A DNA stretch of 64,000 nt, from IMG/VR virus record IMGVR_UViG_3300022918_000011, positions 1 through 64,000 of that record, one strand, 5' to 3'. Source of the DNA: a virus. Made by a program: the position numbers and the translations under genes. Within the stretch, counting starts at the first letter, position 1; every line of letters starts with the position of its first letter. This document shows positions 42,664-52,035 of the stretch, piece by piece. The notes below the pieces were generated by a model. That model did no database searches and had not been told where the DNA came from. It saw only the letters and a list, made by a program, of their open reading frames with translations.

Positions 42664-45600
42664 ATGCATTACCACATCCTCGACTTCAAAGCGGTCGCCA
42701 AGCACTCGTACTACGGTGCCAGCGACCCTGAAGCAATCCATTGTGAAGTGAAGGACCGCCGCTTTGCCCATTGGCAGGTCGGCGCCGCTGGGCTGCTCAG
42801 CCGTTACTTCCAGGCCGTACTGGATGCCGGGGATAGCCCTCGACAGCTGCTGGTTGCCCACGACATGGGCCAAGAGTTCCGCCAAGGCATCTTCCCAGAC
42901 TACAAGGGGCAGAAGTCCAAGAAGACCGAGAACAAAAGCCCGGTCGAGATGGAACAGATCGAGGGCCTGTACAACTGGTCGAAGCAGTTCTTCACCGCCG
43001 TCGGCGCCACGCAGATCGGCGTCAAGGGCGTCGAAGCGGATGACGTGATTGCCTGGGTTGCCCAGAAAGTTACGGCAGCGGGCGGTACGCTAACCATCTA
43101 CACCGTCGACTTCGACTTGGCAGCGTTGGCCTCAGACGCTGTCAGCATTGTCACCCCCAAGGGCGTATTCCACGGCGACGACGGTGTCTTCGATCTGGAA
43201 AGCGACAACGACCTGAACGGGTTCCCGTACCACCTGGCCAGCTTCTGCAAATCCATCCTCGGTGATGCCTCCGACAACTACGGCGGCGTGAAGGGGATGG
43301 GCAAGGTTGCCCTGCGCAACATGCAGAAGGCTTTCGGCGATGACGGCCTGCTGGAACTGCAGAAGGTCGTGGACACCGGCAACACCGACATCCTCAACGA
43401 GGTGATCGCTGACACTGGCAGCAAGGAACTGAAGAAGCTGCTGGAAAACTTCACCGACTGGAAGCTGGGCTGGCGCCTGGCACAGCTGCGGCCTGAGTTG
43501 TGCTGGAAACCCCGCAAGAACAAGCTGGTCAAGCCCATCGTCTACAAGCGCGTGCCGAACCCAGGCAAGCTGCTTGAGCTGCTGACCGAGATCGACCACC
43601 AAGACCGCTGGGACGACACGTTCGCTGAACTGATGCCCAACCCGTTCGCTGTTGATGCAGCGAACTGGGGCGAGATGCGTGAAGCAATCCTCAGCGAGCT
43701 CACCGCCGGTGACCTGATGGCCTTCGACTATGAGTCCTCTGACAAAGAGCCAATCCGGGAATTCCGGATGGCTTCTGGTGCCGGTGAGGACTTTGTCGAT
43801 ACGCTCAGCCAGGAGCTGGCTGGTGCATCGTTCCAGTTCGGCAAGCATCTGGAGAACGTCATCTACATCCCGCTGGATCACCGCGACGCGATGAACCTGA
43901 ACCGGGAAGTGGTGCTGGAGATCCTGAAGCACGCCAAGGCCAAGGGCATCCGCCGGGTGGCACACAACGCCTTCTTCGAGGGTGTGGTGACCTACACCAA
44001 CCTCGGCGAGTGGCTGACCGACGTGGAAGATACCCGGATCATGCAGCGGTTCTTTGACGAGAACAGCAGCGCTGGTCTGAAGTCCATGTCAGCTGACTAT
44101 CTGGGCTTCGATCAGGTCTCGTTCAAGGAGACGTTGGCGAAGGGCTCCATCCGGGAGGGTGGCGCCACGATGATGTGCGAGCTGACCCTGGACGAGGTGT
44201 TCACCTACGGTACCGACGACAGCTTGGTAACCGGCCATCTGGCTGACCTGATGCAGCTGCAACTGATCCTTGATGGGCAGTGGCTGTTCTATCAGGAATA
44301 CGCGGTGAAGCCGACTGAGGTCCTGCAGCGTGCCTACGTTGAAGGCGTGAAGATGAACTGGGCTCTGCAGAAACGTCTGCACCAGCGAGATCTGAAGGCC
44401 ATTGAGGAAGGCATGATCGAACTGCGGGCCATCCTGAAGAAGAACGTCACCGGCAACCAGACGGCAGGCGCTGCCTCGCTCATCGCTGCCGAGAAGGACT
44501 ACGTCTACAAGTCAGCGCTGAAAAAGTACGACGACAAGGAAATGGCGTCAACCAAGCTCCACGAATGGAAGCGCGCGGTCGAAGCAGCTTGCCAGTACAC
44601 ACCGTACCGCGAAGAACTGGTCATGCCGGCCTTCGCTTTCACGGCCAAGCAGGTATCGGCGGCTGCCAAGGCCGTTGGGCTGCCAGAGCTGGAGAAGTTG
44701 AACTACAAAGCCTGGGCTGACTACATGGTGCAGGTCGGCGCCGAGGGTTTCGAGGAAGACTGGGGGCTCACAGAGCCGCAGCTGGAACTCGTCAAGACGG
44801 TGGCCAAGGCCATGGAGTTGGGCTGCATCAGCATCTCCAACATGCGCAAGCTGGTGGAAGCTGAGCAGGAACAAGGGCAGGAGGCTGCCGACGGCGGCCC
44901 TACCGAGAAGGCTCAACGGCTTGAAGCTGCTGAAGCCTACTGGGATGTGCTGGGCGAGGCTATCCAACGCATGGCGGGTGTCGAGGCTCGGACAGTTGCC
45001 TTCGGTGACCCACTGAACGTTGGCAGCCCGGTGCAGATGCAGCGTCTGCTGTACTGCAAGATCGGGGTGCCGGTGCGGTTGTTCGGGAAGATCAGCAAAG
45101 GGCGTCTGCAACTGGGCATCCGGGTCGCTGGTCCATCCACGGATGAGAAAGCAGTCGAGACGGCACTGGCCAACGACATCACAGCGGATGGCTGGGAGCG
45201 CGAAGCTCTGGCCGTGCTGCTCAAGGTCAAGTCAGCGACGACCCGATGCAGCCTGTACCACGACAAGTGGCCACTGTGGCTGCACCGCGATGGCAAGGTC
45301 CACCCTTACGTCACCGATTACGGTACCGACACCGGCCGGCCAACAGCCAGCTCGATGAACGTGCTGCAGGTGTCGAAGAAGGACAAGATCATGCGGTCCT
45401 GCTTCATCCCGCCGAGTCAGGACTACGTTTGTGTGGCCATCGACTTCAACGGCCAAGAGATCCGGTTGATGGCGAACCTTGCCAACGACCCGGTGCTGCT
45501 GTCGGTGTACGAGCCAGGCAACGAGAAGGATCTGCACAGCATGACCGGTGCGGGTATCGCGAAGCTCTCCTACGATCAGTTCACACTGATCCGGGAAGAT

Positions 45601-46350
45601 GTGAAGCACCCCGACAACAAGAAGATCAAAAACATCCGGGACAAGAAGGCCAAGCCTTTGAACTTCGGTATGGCCTACGGCGCTGGTCCAGGCACGCTGG
45701 CTCGCAACATGGTTGCCCCGGTCGAGGAAGCGAAGCAGCTCCTCGAAGACACCATGAACCTCTACTACCGGATTCGTCCGTGGCAGGAAGAGAGTGCTGC
45801 GTTCATGGACAAGCATGGCTACACGCTGACGGCCTACGGCAACAAGCGTCACGCCAGCAACGACCTGTTCTCCACTGACAAGGGCAAGGTGTCCCGTCAG
45901 CATCGTCAGGGTACCAACTTCGAGATCCAGGGCTCGGCAGCTGACATGCTGCGGATCGCACTGACCAACGTGTCGAAGTCCGGGATGATGGATCGGCTGC
46001 GGTTTGTTTTCTTCGCACCGATCTATGACGAAGTGGTTTCGTGGGTCCACAAGGACGACGTCTACGACTACTGCCTGGAGATGGGCGCAATCCTTGAAGC
46101 CACCACACCTCCTGGCCACATTGTTCGGCAGGTGCCGGAGTATTCAATCGGTTGCGACTGGGGTAACGTACATGAACTGGGCCGCGACATCAGCCCAGAG
46201 AACGTGGCCAAGTACGTCAAGCTCTCGCTGGAAGACAGCAAGCCAATCTGGGCAGAGGATGTGCTTGAGCCTTTCGATCCTATCCTGAAACGTGTTCTGG
46301 TCGAGTTGGCCGAGGACGAGGAGGCTGAAGTTGAAGTCATGCCTTACTGA
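42664..46350 (+). CDS. polA: family-A DNA polymerase with 5'-3' and 3'-5' exonuclease domains
   Basis: YK, EADDVI, GDASDN.GG..G.G; FDYES, AHNAFFE, YGTDD; TDTGR, DFNGQEIR, KPLNFGMAYG, YDE. Confidence 0.95.
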   Translation: MHYHILDFKAVAKHSYYGASDPEAIHCEVKDRRFAHWQVGAAGLLSRYFQAVLDAGDSPRQLLVAHDMGQEFRQGIFPDYKGQKSKKTENKSPVEMEQIEGLYNWSKQFFTAVGATQIGVKGVEADDVIAWVAQKVTAAGGTLTIYTVDFDLAALASDAVSIVTPKGVFHGDDGVFDLESDNDLNGFPYHLASFCKSILGDASDNYGGVKGMGKVALRNMQKAFGDDGLLELQKVVDTGNTDILNEVIADTGSKELKKLLENFTDWKLGWRLAQLRPELCWKPRKNKLVKPIVYKRVPNPGKLLELLTEIDHQDRWDDTFAELMPNPFAVDAANWGEMREAILSELTAGDLMAFDYESSDKEPIREFRMASGAGEDFVDTLSQELAGASFQFGKHLENVIYIPLDHRDAMNLNREVVLEILKHAKAKGIRRVAHNAFFEGVVTYTNLGEWLTDVEDTRIMQRFFDENSSAGLKSMSADYLGFDQVSFKETLAKGSIREGGATMMCELTLDEVFTYGTDDSLVTGHLADLMQLQLILDGQWLFYQEYAVKPTEVLQRAYVEGVKMNWALQKRLHQRDLKAIEEGMIELRAILKKNVTGNQTAGAASLIAAEKDYVYKSALKKYDDKEMASTKLHEWKRAVEAACQYTPYREELVMPAFAFTAKQVSAAAKAVGLPELEKLNYKAWADYMVQVGAEGFEEDWGLTEPQLELVKTVAKAMELGCISISNMRKLVEAEQEQGQEAADGGPTEKAQRLEAAEAYWDVLGEAIQRMAGVEARTVAFGDPLNVGSPVQMQRLLYCKIGVPVRLFGKISKGRLQLGIRVAGPSTDEKAVETALANDITADGWEREALAVLLKVKSATTRCSLYHDKWPLWLHRDGKVHPYVTDYGTDTGRPTASSMNVLQVSKKDKIMRSCFIPPSQDYVCVAIDFNGQEIRLMANLANDPVLLSVYEPGNEKDLHSMTGAGIAKLSYDQFTLIREDVKHPDNKKIKNIRDKKAKPLNFGMAYGAGPGTLARNMVAPVEEAKQLLEDTMNLYYRIRPWQEESAAFMDKHGYTLTAYGNKRHASNDLFSTDKGKVSRQHRQGTNFEIQGSAADMLRIALTNVSKSGMMDRLRFVFFAPIYDEVVSWVHKDDVYDYCLEMGAILEATTPPGHIVRQVPEYSIGCDWGNVHELGRDISPENVAKYVKLSLEDSKPIWAEDVLEPFDPILKRVLVELAEDEEAEVEVMPY

Positions 46351-46718
46351 TGTTTGATTGGATGGGCGTCAAGTTCCCGATCAGCGAGAAGGACAGGAAG
46401 CAGATGATGGAAGACGGTGGGCCGGCAGACGCCGACCTGCCAAGCTTTCCTCCTCCTTACCAGAATCGTGGTGAGGAGGAGATCTCAACGCTGACCAAGG
46501 AACTGAACGTCACAGCTGCCAGTCTGGAGAAGGCGCTGGAAATGGTCCGGGAACTGGAGACTCATCTGGTCCGGATCAGAACCCAGCGCAACCTGTACAA
46601 ACGCGGCGTCGAGCAGCTGCATATGGACTGGCCAGCGATCTACAAGCGGTACTTCACCGAACAAGGCGAGCAAGACCAACTCAATGGGGTGCCAACCAAG
46701 GCGCCCCGCAGGAAATAA
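46350..46718 (+). CDS. hypothetical coiled-coil protein
   Basis: TGATG overlap; start uncertain. Confidence 0.65.
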   Translation: MFDWMGVKFPISEKDRKQMMEDGGPADADLPSFPPPYQNRGEEEISTLTKELNVTAASLEKALEMVRELETHLVRIRTQRNLYKRGVEQLHMDWPAIYKRYFTEQGEQDQLNGVPTKAPRRK

Positions 46719-46729
46719 GGAAGCAGTCG

Positions 46730-47488
46730 ATGTTTAACGCTAAGAGCATTACGGTATTCGCCCACGACTACGAGACAACTGGGGTTCAAACCCAGACCCT
46801 CGGTGTTGTGCAGGCAGCGCTGTGTTTTGCAACGGTACATCAGGACGGCACGTATGTGATCGTCGAGAAGGACGTGCAGAACTTGAACCCGGGCATGCCG
46901 ATCGAGCCTGGTGCGATGGCCATCCACGGCCTGTCAGACTTCGACGTCGCGGACTGCCCACCTTGGCAGCCGTACCTTGAAGAACAGATGGCCACGGTCA
47001 ACGAGTTCGGCGCCGACGCTGTCCTGTCGTTCAACGGCAACCGCTTCGACAACAAGATCGCCATGCGTTGCGGCTGGGTGCCAACCCCGTCCATCGACCT
47101 GTTCAAGTTTGCTTCGATCCAGAAGAAAAACAAACTCTGGGAGAAGGCGAACCTCGGTTACAGCCACGAGATGGTCACCGGCCGCAAGCTGGAGAAGGCT
47201 CACAACGCCTTCGCTGACATCGTCGGCACCCTCGATATGCTGGAAGGCATGATCAAGCTGTCCGGCGTTGCCAACCTTGATGAGTTCATGGCCCTGATCC
47301 AGGGTGATGACGGCACCCCTGAGATGAAGATCAACTGGGGGAAACATGCCGGCAAGAAGCTCAAGCACCTGCCCATCTCTTACCTAGAATGGCTGCTGAG
47401 CCCAGGCTGTGAGATCTCTCACAGCGTTGAGTTCCAGGGGGCGATTACCGCAGCGCTGGGTATGCCAGTCGCACCCGGTGCCCGATGA
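46730..47488 (+). CDS. DnaQ/ExoX-like 3'-5' exonuclease
   Basis: DYETTG, IHG, FNG.RFD, AHNA.AD; C-terminal WGKHAG....LP.SYL.W. Confidence 0.9.
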   Translation: MFNAKSITVFAHDYETTGVQTQTLGVVQAALCFATVHQDGTYVIVEKDVQNLNPGMPIEPGAMAIHGLSDFDVADCPPWQPYLEEQMATVNEFGADAVLSFNGNRFDNKIAMRCGWVPTPSIDLFKFASIQKKNKLWEKANLGYSHEMVTGRKLEKAHNAFADIVGTLDMLEGMIKLSGVANLDEFMALIQGDDGTPEMKINWGKHAGKKLKHLPISYLEWLLSPGCEISHSVEFQGAITAALGMPVAPGAR

Positions 47489-48087
47489 TCCTGCTGGGCA
47501 TTGCGGGTCTGGCCCGCAGCGGTAAGGACACGGCCGCAAACCATTTGGCTGAAGTCCTGCGCCTTGAGCGTTACGCCTTCGCCGAGCCACTGAAGACCAT
47601 GCTCAAGTCGGTGTTCGGCGATCACTTCCATGTCGGCGACCGCAGCGGTATCTGCCCAGAGGCTGGGATCAGCTATCGACTGCTGATGCAGACGCTGGGT
47701 ACCGAGTGGGGCCGCGAGCAGGTCAACCCACAGCTGTGGGTGAATCTGGTGGATCGTCACTGGAACGAGGTGCAATATCAAGCCAAGTTCGCTGACACTT
47801 ACCGCCGTGCGTTCGAGACAGACCCACCGAATGGCATGATCCTCAGCGACGTGCGCTTCGACTCCGAAGCCAAGTGGATCAAGGACAACGGTGGGTTCAT
47901 CATCCACATTTCCCGCCCCGAAACCGAACGATCCGGCGCACCGCGAGAAGGTTCGCATGCCAGCGAGGACGGTATCACCCTGTCCTACGCTGACGTCTGC
48001 TTGATCAACGATGGAGACATCGAGGATCTGAAGATCCAGCTGACGGCAGCGTACTCGATCATGCGGAACCGCAAACATGGCAGCTGA
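47485..48087 (+). CDS. deoxynucleoside monophosphate kinase
   Basis: GLARSGKDT, FA.PLK, R.LMQ.LGTEWGR, SDVRF..E, HASE. Confidence 0.92.
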   Translation: MILLGIAGLARSGKDTAANHLAEVLRLERYAFAEPLKTMLKSVFGDHFHVGDRSGICPEAGISYRLLMQTLGTEWGREQVNPQLWVNLVDRHWNEVQYQAKFADTYRRAFETDPPNGMILSDVRFDSEAKWIKDNGGFIIHISRPETERSGAPREGSHASEDGITLSYADVCLINDGDIEDLKIQLTAAYSIMRNRKHGS

Positions 48088-48601
48088 CATCGGCAAGGTA
48101 TTTGAGAAGGAAATCCGAAAGGTCTTCGTCATCCTCAAAGACCAACGCCATGTTGCCTGGCACCGGCTGCTGGATACCGGTGCCGCTGGCAACACCGTCG
48201 GCGAGCAGCCCAGCGATTTCCTGCTGGGCCTGCCACCAGGCTGCACCAACCTGCTCGACAACCAGCGGCTCATGCTGCTGGAGGTCAAGGCCAGCGAGAA
48301 GCACCACACACTTGGCAAGGCGATGATGACGCCGAGTCAGCGTGGTGCAATCGCCCGGTACCGGCAGATGCTCAACATCCCCTACGTCATCCTGTTCTGG
48401 GACACGCAGGACGGGGTGATCCAGATGTGGGATGGCGCTGCCATCCTCGGCGAGAAGAACATCAACAAGCGAGACATGCTCGCACAGTGGTCCGATTGCG
48501 GTGTCATATCAAAACTGCGTCACGAAGTTGTGGCTAAGTATCTGATTGAATACTTCCAAATCCCTGCAGGTGCAGCTACATTGGCTGCCGCTCTGCGATA
48601 A
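48077..48601 (+). CDS. PD-(D/E)xK nuclease, probable Holliday junction resolvase
   Basis: GK.FE, PSDF, LEVK. Confidence 0.75.
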   Translation: MAADIGKVFEKEIRKVFVILKDQRHVAWHRLLDTGAAGNTVGEQPSDFLLGLPPGCTNLLDNQRLMLLEVKASEKHHTLGKAMMTPSQRGAIARYRQMLNIPYVILFWDTQDGVIQMWDGAAILGEKNINKRDMLAQWSDCGVISKLRHEVVAKYLIEYFQIPAGAATLAAALR

Positions 48602-48616
48602 ATCGAGATGTAGTAT

Positions 48617-49777
48617 ATGAAAATTCTCTTTTCCACCACGCTCTACAAGAACCACTCCGGCAAAGTCGGCTACTGGGCTGTCGAAGCCCTGGCTGAAGAC
48701 CGCGAGCCGTCAGCTGACAATCCCGCACCGGCAACCGCTGCCCTGCGTATGTCCTACGCCAAGACACTCGGCGGTAAAGAAGCCATGTCGATGGACCCGG
48801 TCAAAGGCAAGAACATCGGCCGAGCCAACCAGACGTCGCCGAGCGAGCAGGCGATTGCCGAGGCCAAGGCCCGTGCAGCCAAGCAGATCCTCAAGGGCTA
48901 CGTCGAAACCATCGAGGACGCAGCGGTGAAGTCGACCAACGCCCTCGGCAAGAAGAAGCCGATGCTCGCTGTCGACATCGACAAGATCAAGCCTGAAGTT
49001 CTGGAAGCTGCTATCGAGGCTGGTCGAGCATTCGTGCAGCCCAAACTTGATGGCCACCGCTGCATGAACGACCAAGGCATCTACAGCCGGGGTGGCAAGG
49101 ACCACAACGTGGCCCACGTCACCGAAGCGCTTCACGCCACTGGCCTGATCGATCTGCCGCTCGACGGTGAGCTGTATGTTCACGGCCTGACCTTGCAGAA
49201 GATCGGCAGCCTGATCACCAAGCACCAGGAAGACTCGCTGAAGCTGGTCTACTGCGTGTACGACCTCGTGACTGAAGACCCGTTCCTGGAGCGTTACAAA
49301 GCGCTGTCCAACGCGGTGCTGAACAACCCACACCCTGCCATTCAGCTGGTACCGCTGGTCAAGGTGACCAGCATGAAGCAGGCGCTTGAGCAGACAGCGC
49401 ACTGGGTAGCGTTGGGCTACGAAGGCGGCATCTTCCGCATCAGCGAGGCTGGCTACGAGGACGATGCACGGTCCAAACAGCTGGGCAAACTGAAAGACTT
49501 CACGGATCTAGAAGTGACCGTTACTGGCTACAGCCTGGGCACCCCGAAGATGCACAACGGTGAACAGCTGGAGCAGCCGATCCTTGAATACAAGACTGAC
49601 GACGGCAAGGTCGGCAAGGTCACCGTGATGGGTGACATGCACGAGAAGCACGCCGAGTACCTGGAACTGGCAGCGGGCAAGAACATCGGCCGCCGCCTGA
49701 CCATCGAGCACTTCGGCCTCACCAACAAGGGCGTCCCGAACATCGCGACCGCCAAGTGCTGGCACAACCCGCTATGA
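48617..49777 (+). CDS. lig: ATP-dependent DNA ligase
   Basis: PMLA, QPKLDGHR, LDGELY, YD, GYEG, KLK. Confidence 0.93.
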   Translation: MKILFSTTLYKNHSGKVGYWAVEALAEDREPSADNPAPATAALRMSYAKTLGGKEAMSMDPVKGKNIGRANQTSPSEQAIAEAKARAAKQILKGYVETIEDAAVKSTNALGKKKPMLAVDIDKIKPEVLEAAIEAGRAFVQPKLDGHRCMNDQGIYSRGGKDHNVAHVTEALHATGLIDLPLDGELYVHGLTLQKIGSLITKHQEDSLKLVYCVYDLVTEDPFLERYKALSNAVLNNPHPAIQLVPLVKVTSMKQALEQTAHWVALGYEGGIFRISEAGYEDDARSKQLGKLKDFTDLEVTVTGYSLGTPKMHNGEQLEQPILEYKTDDGKVGKVTVMGDMHEKHAEYLELAAGKNIGRRLTIEHFGLTNKGVPNIATAKCWHNPL

Positions 49778-49971
49778 GCTATCTCAACTGGCTGAAGATG
49801 CTGCCAAAGGGCAGCAGCGCGCTGGCATACCTCAAGGTGCTGGCCCGACTGCTGATAATCGATCTGGTCAAGACTGTAGACCGGGTGTGGGCAGCGATGG
49901 GCTGGGGCTTCGGCCTGGCCTTCGGTGCCACCCTGTTCTGGTCCCTGCTGAACCACCTCTCTCCTACGTAG
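49774..49971 (+). CDS. small membrane protein
   Basis: ATGA overlap; Gly-rich hydrophobic C-terminus. Confidence 0.55.
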   Translation: MSYLNWLKMLPKGSSALAYLKVLARLLIIDLVKTVDRVWAAMGWGFGLAFGATLFWSLLNHLSPT

Positions 49972-49996
49972 GCGGCAAAGCCGCCAAGGATAACCA

Positions 49997-50113
49997 ATGA
50001 AACACGCATCCAAGGCGGCGTGGACCGCGCTGGCAGTGTTCCTACTCGCTGCCAGCGCCTGCCCTATCGTCATCGCCCTGTTCCTGTCTATCAAGAAGGC
50101 TCTCACCGCATGA
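49997..50113 (+). CDS. small single-TM protein (38 aa)
   Basis: AAGGA SD; MKHASKAAWTALAVFLLAASACPIVIALFLSIKKALTA; ATGA overlap with next gene. Confidence 0.6.
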   Translation: MKHASKAAWTALAVFLLAASACPIVIALFLSIKKALTA

Positions 50114-51183
50114 AAAACCTGACTATCTTCACCGACCCGCACCTCGGGACCAAGCGCGCAGCTCACACCACCCGTGAATCGTCTGCACGTCTGCAAGAGC
50201 AGCTGTACTTCCAAGCCCAGGCCATCGTCGAGACGGCAACCAACCCGGTCCTGTGCAACGGCGACCTGTTCGACAAAGCTTTCAACCCGGAATCTGTCCT
50301 CGTTCAAGGCTACAACGTGGCGTCCAAGTGCTGGATGACAGTCGCTGGCAACCACGACATGACCAACCGTGAAGGCACGGTGACTTCGCTGGATGCGCTG
50401 AAAGAGATGGGCGTGCCGGTGTGTGCAGCGCCGAACCTGACCGACCCGTACTGGGACAATCACGAGTCTATCTACATCGTCCCGCACCATGCCTCACAGG
50501 CCGTGTTTGAAACAGCTATGCACGATGCGGCGCGGCATGCGACGGAGACCCGCGATGGGTTGGCGTCCTATATCTTCCTGCACTGTAACTACCAGTTCGG
50601 GTTTGCCTGCGAAGACAACACGCTGAACCTCAGCCCTGAAATGACTGACATGTTGTGCGAAGCGTTCGACTATGTGTTCATCGGCCACGAGCACAACCCG
50701 AACACTTACATGGACGGCAAGGTGGTGATCCTCGGCAACACCCACCCGACTTCCTTCAGCGACATCAGCGACAAGTTCATCTACCACCTGGAGCTGGACA
50801 CCGCGGTCCTCACCGCCGAATGCGTATGGGCCAAGGGCGACCACTACCTGGAGCTCAAGCTTGGCCAGGCCATTCCGGATCTCTCCGGCATCCACTTCAT
50901 CGACGTCAAGGGTGTCGAGGCGGTCAGCGAGGCGTCGGTAGTCAGCCAGTACATTCAGGAAGTGTGGAAGGCCGCCGAATATGTTTCGGCCGTGTCTGAA
51001 ACTGAAAAGTATTGCGACCTACTCGCCGTGCGCAACAGCGTGCAGCTCAAGGATGCTCTGGCCGGCATCGACGATGAAGTCTCGGTCAAGGTCGAGGATC
51101 TGCGCAGCCGTATCGCTGCCGACCTGACAGGCAGCGACCTGGAGCCGCTGTATCGGGAGTTGCTTGCGGAGGTGGAAGCATGA
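50110..51183 (+). CDS. SbcD/Mre11-like metallophosphoesterase nuclease
   Basis: DPHLG, GDLFD, GNHD, GHEH. Confidence 0.9.
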   Translation: MKNLTIFTDPHLGTKRAAHTTRESSARLQEQLYFQAQAIVETATNPVLCNGDLFDKAFNPESVLVQGYNVASKCWMTVAGNHDMTNREGTVTSLDALKEMGVPVCAAPNLTDPYWDNHESIYIVPHHASQAVFETAMHDAARHATETRDGLASYIFLHCNYQFGFACEDNTLNLSPEMTDMLCEAFDYVFIGHEHNPNTYMDGKVVILGNTHPTSFSDISDKFIYHLELDTAVLTAECVWAKGDHYLELKLGQAIPDLSGIHFIDVKGVEAVSEASVVSQYIQEVWKAAEYVSAVSETEKYCDLLAVRNSVQLKDALAGIDDEVSVKVEDLRSRIAADLTGSDLEPLYRELLAEVEA

Positions 51184-51509
51184 AACAGAATATCTCGATC
51201 GGTCAGAAAGTCCTGATCACTACCCACAACTGGTTCATCGCGCCCAACGGTAACCAGTACATGGCGGCCTACGGCACGGTGAAAGCAGTGCTAGATTCTC
51301 AACAGACCCTGGGGGTGAAAACCAACGCTCGCTCCACCAACTGGTACGTCGAGGTGGGCAACATGACCATCGCGGGCTGCCAGATCTTTTACGCGGTGCA
51401 GGCCAGCGACTGCAATCTGGGGGACGTGGAGTCCTTTGAAGTGAAGGACGGTCAGGTGCTGAAGTTCAAGGTTCCATCGAAGATCTACAACGCTGATGGG
51501 GTGTACTGA
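51180..51509 (+). CDS. conserved phage protein
   Basis: KVLITT..WF.AP.G.QY.A..G...STNWY...IAGCQI. Confidence 0.8.
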   Translation: MKQNISIGQKVLITTHNWFIAPNGNQYMAAYGTVKAVLDSQQTLGVKTNARSTNWYVEVGNMTIAGCQIFYAVQASDCNLGDVESFEVKDGQVLKFKVPSKIYNADGVY

Positions 51510-51742
51510 TGACCGGCCCAATGACTCTTGAGTCCTGGCAAATGGTAGCCCGCCTGCTAGTGCAGCGACTGGGTGGCGACGTGGTAATCAGCCACGAAGA
51601 AATACGCCAGCTGGTGGAAGCCGGCAAAGACCAACGCGCCATCATCGTGGTAACCAACGAGCCAGAAGGTCTTCAGTGCAAACTGATCACCACCGAGGCG
51701 GCCATGAAGATAATCAAGAAGGCAGGAGGGTCGCTACATTGA
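51509..51742 (+). CDS. hypothetical protein
   Basis: TGATG overlap. Confidence 0.65.
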   Translation: MTGPMTLESWQMVARLLVQRLGGDVVISHEEIRQLVEAGKDQRAIIVVTNEPEGLQCKLITTEAAMKIIKKAGGSLH

Positions 51743-52026
51743 GAATAGAACCCTCCCGCGAACGGTTATTCGACATCGTAGATCGCCGTATCTTCAAGAA
51801 CCGGTCAGTTGGTCTGTCAACCACGGTCAATCATGGCTCATCGATGGGCAAGAGCGAGGCGATCTTCAACGCCTTCGCTTCCTGCGGCAAGACAGAAACC
51901 AACATGCTCTGGTTGCACGAACGCCTGGCCGAGTGGGACTGGGACCCCAACTGGGTACCGACCACGTCCCGCCTCGCAAACTCCATCCGCTGGGCCAATC
52001 GCTCCCACCTGCGGAACCAAATTTAA
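51739..52026 (+). CDS. small protein with three tandem Walker-A-like peptides
   Basis: AGGAGG SD before TTG 51739; KNRSVGLST, GSSMGKS, AFASCGKT. Confidence 0.55.
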   Translation: MRIEPSRERLFDIVDRRIFKNRSVGLSTTVNHGSSMGKSEAIFNAFASCGKTETNMLWLHERLAEWDWDPNWVPTTSRLANSIRWANRSHLRNQI

Positions 52027-52035
52027 GGAATCACC

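Noticed and set aside
44400-45010. Intein or intron in polA
   Set aside because: Frame is continuous; no intein N-terminal block, HN-C/S/T junction or homing endonuclease motif.
31517-48087. Hypermodified-base pathway (Nmad5, MazG, dNMP kinase)
   Set aside because: ThyX implies normal dTMP synthesis; no hydroxymethylase, aGPT, PurZ or 7-deazaguanine genes are visible in this window.
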